DNA of 64,000 nucleotides from Thermoproteota archaeon. GTDB taxonomy: Archaea > Thermoproteota > Thermoprotei > Thermofilales > B9-G17. This document shows, piece after piece, positions 9,497 through 18,950 of the stretch (positions are counted from its first letter, which is position 1; the number at the start of each line of letters is the position of its first letter). The stretch covers positions 215,466 through 279,465 of the forward strand of contig JAPDJW010000001.1 in the NCBI GenBank assembly GCA_029258885.1, written 5' to 3'. Below the pieces are notes generated by a model that was not told where the DNA came from, did not search any database, and saw only the letters and a program-made list of their open reading frames with translations. A program made the position numbers and the translations under genes.

Positions 9497-11356
9497 ATGT
9501 ATCTTTCACCTAAAAGGTTCCTTAATGATGCTGAATTCAGAGAGTACCTAAAAAATATTAGGAAAATAGCTGTATTCGATAAGGAAGTTAGGAAGTGGAG
9601 GATAGACTGTAATGTAGTTATATCGAACGTCAAAAGTAAGAGTGAACTCACTTCAATAATTCAAACGCTAAAAAAGTATGTAGATATACCTGAGGAGCTT
9701 GAGGATGAACTATATAGGTGCATTACCAGCTTAACTACAGCCTATCTGAATTCGAGTAACCTATCGTTTAAGCTAGATGTAAAAGTGCCAAGAAGTGTCT
9801 TCGACCAGCTATCCGCGTACTGTAAATACTATAATGGGAGATTTTACTTAAAGGATCCAGGATATGTTTCTCAAGTCGAGAAGATACTGGAAAAATACGG
9901 TATAAAACTCGTATATAATAGGAGATTGATAGAATCAATAAGACTAAAATGCACGGTACGTAGGTCTGGCGGAAACCTCATTTTAAAATTTAATTATTAT
10001 TGTGAGAATATAGTAAGAAGGCTGAATGAAGTATGTACTGTAGAGTACTATATTGAGAAGCCAATTTTCGATGAAGCAGGCAATTACGTTGAAACAAGGA
10101 TAGTTAAGAAGATGCTCAAGTTCTTCAAGTTCTCGATGGATACGCTCACCGGAATCTCCTGTATCGGGCTTCTAGACCGCATACTAGATGTACTAAGGGC
10201 TATGGATGTATTAATTATCTATGGTATAGAGGAGAAAGAAGACATAAAGTTAAACCTAAAATGTAACTTTAAGCTCCTGCCGCACCAGAAGCTAGCCTAC
10301 GAGCTCTGGAGTAAAAGAAAGCGAGGAACCATAGCTATATTCACACGTGGAGGCAAATCCTTTATAGCCTTAAAAGCTATCTACGATACGAGGAAACCAA
10401 CCATAATATTCGTTACGACTAGGGAGTTAGCCCATACGTGGATGGAGTACCTAAGCAATTACCTAGGGTTAAATAAGGCGTTAGTAGGATACTTGGGAGA
10501 GGGAATTAAAAAGATTAGGGAAATCACGGTAGCTATCTATAACAGTGCTGTAAAAAACATAGATTTGATAAGAGATAAATTCGAGCTAGCAATATTCGAC
10601 GAAGGCCACCATGTTCCTGCAAACACTTTCAAAACCGTAGCCGTAAAGCTGGATGCTCTCTACAGAATGGCTCTTTCAGCAACGCCAGAAAGAAGGGATA
10701 AAAACCATACACTTCTCTTCGCCTTCTGCGGCCCCCTCCTAGTAAACATAAACTATGAACAACTAGTAAAGCTAAGAATTGTCGCACCAATAGAAGTCTT
10801 TAAAACAGTATTTGCTAAAGGCCCCGAGGATAAGATTAAAAAATTAATTGATATACTTAGTGAGGTTAAAGGCAGTAAAGTAATTATATTTACCCAGTAT
10901 GTGGATACAGCAAAAGAATTATGGAAAACGTTGATAATTAAGGGTTTCTCCGCTAGCCTAATAACTGGGGAAACAGACCCCAAGAACAGAAAATTTGCTT
11001 TCAGGGACTTCCTGAAGGGAAATATAAAAATCATAGTAACGACTACTGTACTCGACGAAGGAGTAACTGTTCCAGATGCCGAGGTAGCGATAATATATGA
11101 AGGTAGCGGCGAACCCCGGCAAATGATACAGAGAATAGGCAGAGTACTTGGATACTACCCCGGAAAAACTGCTAAAGTATACGAATTAATAGATATAACT
11201 AACTCCAAGGAGAAGAGGGCATACTTTAAAAGAAAGTGGGTTAAAGAACTCTACATTTTCCCAGGTATAGAAAAGTACGTAGAGGAAACTAAGAGAGGAG
11301 CATTATTCGGAGAAAGAAGCGAGAAGCTGAAGATGCAGACGAAACTGGAGATATAA
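9497..11356 (+). CDS. XPB/Rad25-like SF2 helicase with long N-terminal extension
   Basis: Q-motif LLPHQ, GKS, DEGHH, LSATPERRD, LDEGVTVP, QRIGR. Confidence 0.85.
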   Translation: MYLSPKRFLNDAEFREYLKNIRKIAVFDKEVRKWRIDCNVVISNVKSKSELTSIIQTLKKYVDIPEELEDELYRCITSLTTAYLNSSNLSFKLDVKVPRSVFDQLSAYCKYYNGRFYLKDPGYVSQVEKILEKYGIKLVYNRRLIESIRLKCTVRRSGGNLILKFNYYCENIVRRLNEVCTVEYYIEKPIFDEAGNYVETRIVKKMLKFFKFSMDTLTGISCIGLLDRILDVLRAMDVLIIYGIEEKEDIKLNLKCNFKLLPHQKLAYELWSKRKRGTIAIFTRGGKSFIALKAIYDTRKPTIIFVTTRELAHTWMEYLSNYLGLNKALVGYLGEGIKKIREITVAIYNSAVKNIDLIRDKFELAIFDEGHHVPANTFKTVAVKLDALYRMALSATPERRDKNHTLLFAFCGPLLVNINYEQLVKLRIVAPIEVFKTVFAKGPEDKIKKLIDILSEVKGSKVIIFTQYVDTAKELWKTLIIKGFSASLITGETDPKNRKFAFRDFLKGNIKIIVTTTVLDEGVTVPDAEVAIIYEGSGEPRQMIQRIGRVLGYYPGKTAKVYELIDITNSKEKRAYFKRKWVKELYIFPGIEKYVEETKRGALFGERSEKLKMQTKLEI

Positions 11357-11358
11357 AT

Positions 11359-12510
11359 CTACTCTATCCACTTTCCAGTAGATATCTTCTCGGGAAGATA
11401 TCTATGCGAGAGGAATTTGAAGCCATGTCCCGACAGTGCCTCTATCTCTATCTTTTCCTTACGCTTCAAAAATAGCTTTAACTGCTTCTGCCAAGCCTTG
11501 CTACTAAACCATGGGTATGAGAGCAGCTCTTTAGCACGTTTCAAGTCCCTTTCGGTAGCCTTTATTATATAGTTCTTCGGGATCTTGTATTCGTATATGT
11601 CTGTTACCGCTACTCCTATGAACTTTGCATCCGGTGTAGCCAGTCTCTCGCTCTCGTAGCTGAGCGATATGGAGCCACTCCTATATACCGAGTATATATA
11701 GAATCCAAAGCTGTCGCAGTCCGTCAATATATAGATCGGTAATCCGAATTCTTCTGAAAGCCGTCTAACCATGCGCCTAGTACTCCTATCCGGCTGACCT
11801 TTTCCAGTAATCAACACGCACTTTTCCCGCCTCCAGTACTCCTCCTCATTCAGCCTCTCAAAGATAGCGTCCTTCTCCACCACAAGAACGTATTCAGCGT
11901 CAACTTCAAGTATCTCAAGCCTATCGGGATTTGGAGGTATTGCATATGCTCCACTACCCAACCTTGATAAGTCTATCCTGTATCCTTTAGATCTAATAAT
12001 CACGTTCCCAACGATCTTGCCCTTAGCGTCGTGCATTATGCCCATATGTTCTCTAAGAATGCCAGTCATAACCTCTATGTCCTGAATAATGGCATTAGAT
12101 TCTCTCTGATCATACCATGTCTCCTCGGTTCTCTTTCTACCGAGGTGGTCCACGTATTCAATGGTATGTTTTCCGGTATAGTATAGGTCTCTTATAGTAG
12201 GATAATCGTTCTCTCTCCTAGCTCTGAGCATCAACGACAACATTAATACGGTCTGCATAAACTTCTTAGATTCATTAATACTAAAGAAATCCCTGATAGC
12301 CTTCTTACTGCCCAGTCTTAAAATCCTCCGCCTACTATCCCATATAGTATTAGCTAAGCTCCTAACAGGTATTTCGAAATAAGGTTTCTCCCCTTTCATT
12401 ATTTGGTCGACTACAACTCTACCAAGCGCCTCGAGCCTTTCTATGACTTCTTCGTATGTAGGTGCTTTAAACGCTTTTCGTCTTCGCCTCTTTACCAATT
12501 TTCGCCTCAC
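11359..12510 (-). CDS. top6A: DNA topoisomerase VI subunit A
   Basis: TIRDLYY (catalytic Tyr region), VEKDAIF, ITGKGQPD, DCDSFG, EIEAL. Confidence 0.97.
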   Translation of the reverse strand: MRRKLVKRRRRKAFKAPTYEEVIERLEALGRVVVDQIMKGEKPYFEIPVRSLANTIWDSRRRILRLGSKKAIRDFFSINESKKFMQTVLMLSLMLRARRENDYPTIRDLYYTGKHTIEYVDHLGRKRTEETWYDQRESNAIIQDIEVMTGILREHMGIMHDAKGKIVGNVIIRSKGYRIDLSRLGSGAYAIPPNPDRLEILEVDAEYVLVVEKDAIFERLNEEEYWRREKCVLITGKGQPDRSTRRMVRRLSEEFGLPIYILTDCDSFGFYIYSVYRSGSISLSYESERLATPDAKFIGVAVTDIYEYKIPKNYIIKATERDLKRAKELLSYPWFSSKAWQKQLKLFLKRKEKIEIEALSGHGFKFLSHRYLPEKISTGKWIE

Positions 12511-14038
12511 CTCTTGATTTTAGATCCTTCTCCAAAATTGCTATAAGCTTCTCTTTTATAGTTTTCTCGCTAACGCCAGTTATTTCATTAAGTGCCCGCG
12601 TAACCTCCGGTAAATACTTTAAAATAGTTATCTTCCTACGCTTAATTTCATGTATCTTTTCAATGTACGAAATATGCCTCCTAAGTCGCCTAGCACAATC
12701 CTTAATGGCATTCGCAATTTCCCTCTCAACCTCGGGAACATCAGCAACGGCTTCCTTACCCACGCCCTTAAATGGAATCTTAGTGGAGCATATATGTACA
12801 ATAACCGCTAAGGGGGCTGGAAACTTAACTTTATAGTAGCCCCAGTCAATACTATCAACAACTTTCCTGGCTACATCAACACCCTCATCATAGAGTAGCG
12901 GTATCTTATTAGCAAACCTATAAAGGATCGGCTTATCTACTACCGAGATTTCACCGCCGTAAGCTATTGCTACTTCAACTATGAATGGATGCCCTGAGTA
13001 CGAGGAGGCTTTTCTAGTTACGGCAGAAATATACTCCGGTTTCAGTATCTTCTTAACGCCTTCTTTGAGAAGTTTCTCCCCAAGAGGAGACAGCGGAATA
13101 GGCCTTGGACGACGCCACTTAGAGAATCCTCTCATAGCCTTAGACAACTGATCCAGGTCTTTAATTGAAAGCTTTTTCACCTTAGCATTGCCGTTAAGCT
13201 TAGACCACCTTAAGAAAGTTGCTATTGTTCGCTCTCCCGTGCCCTCAAACTTCTTAAGCAGAAACTCCTTTAACGTCATGTTGGCATCACAGTCACTAAT
13301 AAGCATCTTAAGCAACTCTATATCAACACCATACGGGTGAGGTTTACCCAACCTTGGAGGATTAGGCAGAATCCTAGTTGAACGCTTAAATTCCAGCTCT
13401 AGGTCAGGTCCCCTAAGCCTTATCTCAGCGTAGGGCGCTATCATAGCAGTCCGCCTAACATATTCCTCTACTCTACGTTTTGCCATGGCCCAGTTGCCCT
13501 CTATAGTAATCCTTACCTCAGTTCCATGCTCCTTTCTTCTCTTCTTAAAGATCCTCTGAGAAACTATTATCGGCATATTCTTGGAAATATCGATCATTAT
13601 CTCTTCTTCATGTACTATCGGTGAATCGGGAGTAGAGCTCCTAACGAATATAGGCTTACCTGTAGTTAGCTGGGAATAGAGGACAGCCATCTTTATTCCA
13701 AGCCCAAATATGCCTCTGCTCTGCTTCAAATCATATTTAGAACCGTAAAAAACGCTTCCAAATACATACGGTACATGCTCTATAGGCACGCCTATACCGT
13801 TATCCTTTACCGTTATTATCACCCTATCCGAGTGTTCTTCATCAATTTTAATATCAATCTCTATTGTAGGCAGGATGCCGTAGAGTTCCGTAGCGTCAAG
13901 GGAGTTCTCCAGTAGCTCCCTTATAGTCTGATATAAAGCTCTAACAGGATTCGAAAAGCCAGCTATTTCCCTATTTCTGTAGAAAAATTCTGCAGGACTA
14001 AGTCCCTTAAAGTCGCTCCTTAGAATTACACTCGACAT
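12467..14038 (-). CDS. top6B: DNA topoisomerase VI subunit B
   Basis: SPAEFFYRN, RELLENSLDA, DNGIG, QSRGIFGLG, GTEV GHKL motifs; RFANKIPLL. Confidence 0.97.
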   Translation of the reverse strand: MSSVILRSDFKGLSPAEFFYRNREIAGFSNPVRALYQTIRELLENSLDATELYGILPTIEIDIKIDEEHSDRVIITVKDNGIGVPIEHVPYVFGSVFYGSKYDLKQSRGIFGLGIKMAVLYSQLTTGKPIFVRSSTPDSPIVHEEEIMIDISKNMPIIVSQRIFKKRRKEHGTEVRITIEGNWAMAKRRVEEYVRRTAMIAPYAEIRLRGPDLELEFKRSTRILPNPPRLGKPHPYGVDIELLKMLISDCDANMTLKEFLLKKFEGTGERTIATFLRWSKLNGNAKVKKLSIKDLDQLSKAMRGFSKWRRPRPIPLSPLGEKLLKEGVKKILKPEYISAVTRKASSYSGHPFIVEVAIAYGGEISVVDKPILYRFANKIPLLYDEGVDVARKVVDSIDWGYYKVKFPAPLAVIVHICSTKIPFKGVGKEAVADVPEVEREIANAIKDCARRLRRHISYIEKIHEIKRRKITILKYLPEVTRALNEITGVSEKTIKEKLIAILEKDLKSRGEAKIGKEAKTKSV

Positions 14039-14147
14039 TTCAATCACTTAACAATTTATACTATAGCTTCTAACAAAAGCCTATAGGACTCTTATTAAAG
14101 TATCGCGATTAAAGGTAAAACCCTAAAGGCTGAAATACAAGGTCAAA

Positions 14148-14870
14148 TCATTTCCTCATGCTCGACTCTAGCATAACCATCTCAAATCTTAATATTTCAA
14201 ACGTCTCCCTTATTGCCCTAACTTCCTCCTTCATTAATTTAACATAATCTTCAAAACGCACTCTGTCTTCTCCAAGCTTTGCTCCCGAAAACTTAACATT
14301 AATGTTCTCAAGTCTCCTAATCATCTTGTCTAACATTTCCTCCCGTAGCTTTAGGTATTTTTCTAGGTAAGGTACCACTTCCCTACTATCTAAAACTAGC
14401 CTAAGGAGTTGCTGAAGCATATCTTCCCTAACAGCCTTGAAAATCTCCTCATCGACCTCGCCTCTGAGGAACCTCCTATCCAGTATGACTAGTCCCTCTC
14501 GAAGCGACTTAATTCTCCTAGCTAGCAACATAGCTCTGCTGATGTGCTCCTCGTACTTCTCCTGCTTCACCTGATCCTTCCTACTTTTTATCAGTTCGAT
14601 TTTACGTATGGTATCCTTAATTGAATTTTCCACAATGTATATCCTGCCCTCGTAGATGAGTATCTTATCTGCATCAAACGTGAATACCTTATCGCCGGAG
14701 CTAACTTCGACATACTTAGCTTTCTTAGTTTTAGCACTAGCCCTTATCTTCACTATTTTACCGAAGATGCTCCCGTCACTACTAAGTACTTTCCTACCTA
14801 TATACTGCTTAAGCTTCTTTAATGGGACATCCTTTATTGTAGTATAACACTTCTTCCTTACCGAAAACAT
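14148..14870 (-). CDS. CdvA-like protein (PRC-barrel plus coiled coil)
   Basis: LKQYIGRKVLSSDGSIFGKIV PRC barrel; RIKSLREGLVILDRRFLRGEVDEEIF helix resembles the CdvA (R..AL..L...EI....Y) segment. Confidence 0.65.
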   Translation of the reverse strand: MFSVRKKCYTTIKDVPLKKLKQYIGRKVLSSDGSIFGKIVKIRASAKTKKAKYVEVSSGDKVFTFDADKILIYEGRIYIVENSIKDTIRKIELIKSRKDQVKQEKYEEHISRAMLLARRIKSLREGLVILDRRFLRGEVDEEIFKAVREDMLQQLLRLVLDSREVVPYLEKYLKLREEMLDKMIRRLENINVKFSGAKLGEDRVRFEDYVKLMKEEVRAIRETFEILRFEMVMLESSMRK

Positions 14871-15057
14871 ACATGATACATCTTCTTAATGGTAGTAAAA
14901 CAGTTACCAAAACTGATGATAGAAAATAGTCGAATATTAGCTCAGATAACATCCTAATATTAATAGGATCCTTAAAGTAAAATTTGGCATATTCAGCCTT
15001 GAGTAAATTGTTAGGGTATCGATAAATTAATATTCACAGTTCATAGACTATAATCTT

Positions 15058-15100
15058 GTGATGATATCCTGCGGGCCTGATTGATGAGGAAGACCTCGGA
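15058..15100 (+). ncRNA. C/D box guide sRNA
   Basis: C GTGATGA 15058-64, 12-nt guide, D' CTGA 15077-80, C' TTGATGA 15081-87, D CGGA 15097-100 (D box uncertain). Confidence 0.7.
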
Positions 15101-15179
15101 GGCTGCATCCAGAGGAAAACCTATATTTTTATGTGAATCATGATTATTGGTCGTAGGAGGTTGCAGTAGGTGTTATAGA

Positions 15180-16298
15180 TTGACGAATAACACTGCCTTT
15201 CCGTTAGATTGGCTCCTCTGGCTGGTATTCATAACTATATTCTTCTACTTTAACAGAGAGCTGGAAATAATGAGGATAGTTAAGGAGATAGAATCCTACA
15301 TTATGTTGTTTAAACAGATAAGGGATAAGGCTGTTAGTACCGTAATTAAAGCCTTTAGAAAGGAGGCAGCTAAGGAAGGAAATGTCATCGATATAAAGTT
15401 CCTTGAGGCCAGGGTTATGGACTTAATTGAATCTGAGGTAATAGAGCCGGTGAAATTGGACCCCTATGGTATAGTAGCTAAACTAAAACATCTTCTCGTA
15501 ACTACCGATGAAAACCTGAACCTTGAAATAAAAAGAATAGTCCCAAACATTACTACAGCCATGCTGGAAAATCTTAAGAACCTAATAGGATCCGCCAAAG
15601 TCTTAAACTTTTACTATAAAGCACTGGATCACGACTATAGGATGGGCAAGAAGTTCAAGAGCATATGGATACTATATCAGTTGCAAGCATTATTACCATT
15701 CATTACCGAAATAGTTAGAGCGGTGGAAAGCAATGTAGAGGCAGTTTCGAAGGGCTTTCCAATAGGAGATAGTGCGGGACCATTAACCGTGGTAAGATTT
15801 GCGCTGAAAAATGGCTTTAACCTCGAGCCAAAGCAGATAGCGGAAAAAACAGTATTGCTTGAAGGAACATATAGAGATAGAAGAGTGATAATAATTAAAG
15901 CTGAGGGACCTGGAGGTAGCGTGGGCAGACTGGACGACGCTATAATGAAGGTGTTTGAGATCGAGGATAAGATAAGCGCGATAGTAACGGTTGACGCAGC
16001 GCTTAAACTAGAGAGCGAAAAAACTGGAACAATAGTAAGTGGTATAGGAGTAGCAATGGGCGGGATAGGAGTCGAGAAGTTTAATATCGAGAAGATAGCT
16101 ACAGAGAAGAAGATACCGCTTTACGCAGTTCTGATAAAGATGTCGATTCCGGAAGCCTATGCTACGATGGATAAAAACATTTCCGAGGCAATAGATAAAG
16201 CCATTGAAAGGATAGAACGTACAATAGAGGAGAAGACACATGAGGGCGATACAGTACTTCTAATAGGAGTAGGTAACACGATAGGCGTGTATCCATAG
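15180..16298 (+). CDS. DUF1512 family protein
   Basis: GDSAGPL, KAEGPGG.VG, VDAALKLESE..G, GVAMGGIGVEK motifs; TTG start at 15180. Confidence 0.8.
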   Translation: MTNNTAFPLDWLLWLVFITIFFYFNRELEIMRIVKEIESYIMLFKQIRDKAVSTVIKAFRKEAAKEGNVIDIKFLEARVMDLIESEVIEPVKLDPYGIVAKLKHLLVTTDENLNLEIKRIVPNITTAMLENLKNLIGSAKVLNFYYKALDHDYRMGKKFKSIWILYQLQALLPFITEIVRAVESNVEAVSKGFPIGDSAGPLTVVRFALKNGFNLEPKQIAEKTVLLEGTYRDRRVIIIKAEGPGGSVGRLDDAIMKVFEIEDKISAIVTVDAALKLESEKTGTIVSGIGVAMGGIGVEKFNIEKIATEKKIPLYAVLIKMSIPEAYATMDKNISEAIDKAIERIERTIEEKTHEGDTVLLIGVGNTIGVYP

Positions 16299-16308
16299 GT
16301 GAGGCGGT

Positions 16309-16677
16309 ATGAGTACCGAGCTATTAATGAAAATTAGGATCAAGTGGATCATAATCTATACAATACTTTTAATAGTCTTTATATTAATTACCGCAAGCTT
16401 CCTCATAATGTATATGGTGGAAAACGACGCTAACTATTCCTCAATATCATTCATCACAATGATGATTGCAGTATGGATAGCTATAAACTTGGCAAGGGCA
16501 CTTAAAACGAAGATACCCAAATATAGGTATATTGAAGTAGTAAAATGTTTAAGTTGTGGCTATAGTTTTAAGAAGAAGCCAGATGAGGGAGACTATATTC
16601 TTAGGGATGTAGGGATTTGTCCTCAATGCTCAGGAAGATTGATCGTATATAGCATTTATAGGGAGAAGGTGGAGTAG
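16309..16677 (+). CDS. 2-TM membrane protein with C-terminal Zn ribbon
   Basis: Two hydrophobic helices; CLSC...CPQC. Confidence 0.8.
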   Translation: MSTELLMKIRIKWIIIYTILLIVFILITASFLIMYMVENDANYSSISFITMMIAVWIAINLARALKTKIPKYRYIEVVKCLSCGYSFKKKPDEGDYILRDVGICPQCSGRLIVYSIYREKVE

Positions 16678-16679
16678 CG

Positions 16680-18023
16680 CTACAAGATATATTCTTTCCC
16701 ACGTATTGGAGCTATGCATTTAGCTATATTACCTAGATACTTAGCCATAAGCATAGGATTTTCACTATGAACAATGTATACTTTCTCCGGATTTATCTCC
16801 TCTACAACCATTCTTATTTCAAGAGGGGACGCGTGTCCGGATGCATGAATATGGTACATAGGTATACCAAGCACATCAAGCCAGTTTATAAGCTTCTCAA
16901 ATCTTAATTCCCTCTCTTCATCAAAAGGCTCCGAAGAGCTTAGGATATATACGCTACCCGGCGGAGGATCTATGGACTTTATATCCTCAATGTTGTAGAA
17001 GTTTGCCGAGAAAACGTACACTTCCGGTTCCTTTATTAGTTCAACTTTCGTAACAAACCTATCCTGATCCAGAACCTTTAGAAGAAATTTTAAGGCCTTA
17101 TTTCTAGATCTACAGCTGTTATAGACCATTATATTTTTGTCGTCAAGGGATGGTAGATCGAGCTTTGTCCAACTAAACTCCTGCTCCTGCTTTATCATCA
17201 TATACAGTAAATATGCCTGTCGAGGCGATAACACGACTTTCCGACCAGCCTTCACCGCAGCTTTATAGATGCTCTTAAAGCGATCAACGTCGCTCTCTGA
17301 ATAATCGAGAATAATTAATCCTTTAGACTCAGAAAACACCTGGAACAGCTTCTCCATAACCTCCTTCTCCGATGTTATGTGAGAAAGCACAGTGTTCGTA
17401 GCTTCAATTATAAGATCCGTTACACCTTCTCTGATGGCTAGTTCTATGAAATCCTTAGTTAAGTATCCTTTAGTTCCATGTAATCTAAAATCCCCCGTAT
17501 AAGCTAAAGTTCTCTTTCCCAATATAGATATAAACCCGTATGAGCCAGGTATGCTGTGATCCACGTGGACGGGTATAATCGTCCCAAGCGATGTATCTAT
17601 CTCTCTACCCGAGTGGAAGACCTCCACGTTAACGTTCTGGAAGTCATTTTCAAATGTTTTCCTCAGCCTTATCTCGTTCTTTGACTTTACTATCGTATAG
17701 GCCATGTATCCCATGTAAACTTTAATGCTTTTGTTAAGCAGAGGCACATAGCCGCAGTGATCCACATGAGCATGCGAAATAAAGGCGTAACTTACAGGAA
17801 CATTATGACTAATAGTATATATGGGCAAATCGGGAACATTACCAGTTACTATTAGGTCGTTCAAGCTTCTGGGAGTGACGTATGGATACTCGAAAAACAT
17901 CTTCCTTAGCTTAAAGTTAACTCCGAAATCATATATTAATCCGTCATTATTAGTTAAAAGCAGAATAAGGTTGCCGCCGATCTGGCCCTCAACGCCACCG
18001 TAGAAGTAAAGCCTGATATTCAT
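16680..18023 (-). CDS. MBL-fold/beta-CASP ribonuclease (RNase J-like)
   Basis: ISHAHVDHCG, VDHSIPGS, YTGDFRLHG, HASGHA. Confidence 0.88.
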   Translation of the reverse strand: MNIRLYFYGGVEGQIGGNLILLLTNNDGLIYDFGVNFKLRKMFFEYPYVTPRSLNDLIVTGNVPDLPIYTISHNVPVSYAFISHAHVDHCGYVPLLNKSIKVYMGYMAYTIVKSKNEIRLRKTFENDFQNVNVEVFHSGREIDTSLGTIIPVHVDHSIPGSYGFISILGKRTLAYTGDFRLHGTKGYLTKDFIELAIREGVTDLIIEATNTVLSHITSEKEVMEKLFQVFSESKGLIILDYSESDVDRFKSIYKAAVKAGRKVVLSPRQAYLLYMMIKQEQEFSWTKLDLPSLDDKNIMVYNSCRSRNKALKFLLKVLDQDRFVTKVELIKEPEVYVFSANFYNIEDIKSIDPPPGSVYILSSSEPFDEERELRFEKLINWLDVLGIPMYHIHASGHASPLEIRMVVEEINPEKVYIVHSENPMLMAKYLGNIAKCIAPIRGKEYIL

Positions 18024-18039
18024 GGTTTCACCTTAAAAG

Positions 18040-18091
18040 TCAGTCGGGTAAGTTTTCTTCACTAATGTCGAGTAAGGCCGGAATACATCAT
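18040..18091 (-). ncRNA. C/D box guide sRNA; D guide complementary to 23S rRNA ~1946-1956
   Basis: C ATGATGT, degenerate D' TCGA, C' GTGAAGA, D CTGA; D guide AAACTTACCCGA pairs with UCGGGUAAGUU. Confidence 0.8.
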
Positions 18092-18129
18092 CCCTGAGAG
18101 TATTACTATTATCTCAAATTTACATCTTT

Positions 18130-18378
18130 CTAAAATACTTTAACCCTTCTCCTAATAACTCTTTTTTTCTTAACGTTTATTATAAACAATAATATTGCTA
18201 TCGGAGAAAACATTAGAAGGAGAAAACTCGAGAAATATATCATAGATATTAGGTCCATCGTCCCCTCGGCTAAGGTCTTTACCAGAACCCATAAATCGAT
18301 GCTTATAACCAGCGAAAGATAGGTCTTAATAGCGTCGTAAAGGGATTTCTTAACGTGTCTATTAAACATATCAACCAC
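18130..18378 (-). CDS. small membrane protein (2 TM)
   Basis: Two hydrophobic segments, basic C-terminus. Confidence 0.65.
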   Translation of the reverse strand: MVDMFNRHVKKSLYDAIKTYLSLVISIDLWVLVKTLAEGTMDLISMIYFSSFLLLMFSPIAILLFIINVKKKRVIRRRVKVF

Positions 18379-18572
18379 TTTAGGTAATATCTAGATAATA
18401 CCTGTATGTTATTCAAATAATAATCTTACTTTTGAAATACAGTACGATGAAATAATGTTCAGACACTAAGCTTTAAGGTCTATTTTCTCGTATAGACACC
18501 CTATAGCAGCCGATAGAAACCTTTATTTAGATTAATTAAAATCTCATAGAAAGCTAAATTAAGGTGTAGAGT

Positions 18573-18764
18573 ATGGCATATGTCCCTAAGAGACTATTTG
18601 TGGGCAGATGTGTCAGATGCGGAAAACCCCTATACCGGGCAGATGAAATGTATAGATGCGTGAAGGACAACATAGTAGTTTGTCCTATTTGCTATAGAAA
18701 GACCTATGGAAGATGCCCCATATGTGGTGTACAGTTAACGCCCAGCCTACGAATATATGTTTAA
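18573..18764 (+). CDS. small Cys-rich zinc-finger protein (RING/C1-like spacing)
   Basis: CxxC-x12-CxxD-x4-CxxC-x7-CxxC; AGGTG RBS. Confidence 0.8.
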   Translation: MAYVPKRLFVGRCVRCGKPLYRADEMYRCVKDNIVVCPICYRKTYGRCPICGVQLTPSLRIYV

Positions 18765-18775
18765 TAACGTACGGC

Positions 18776-18825
18776 TCAGAACAAAGGCCTTTCTTCACCT
18801 TTCATAAGCGCGAAACCTTCTTCAC
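18776..18825 (-). ncRNA. C/D box guide sRNA; D' guide complementary to 16S rRNA ~356-368
   Basis: C GTGAAGA 18825-19, 13-nt guide, D' ATGA, C' GTGAAGA, 12-nt guide, D CTGA 18779-76. Confidence 0.85.
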
Positions 18826-18950
18826 AGCCAGGATAATTACTCTAAGCGGTAGTTATAAAGTTGTTGCTTTATAGGTATTTAAGACTTTTATACTACCAAA
18901 TTAAATTCTTAAGATACAGCATCCATCTAGGGCTGTTACTTGGATGATAA

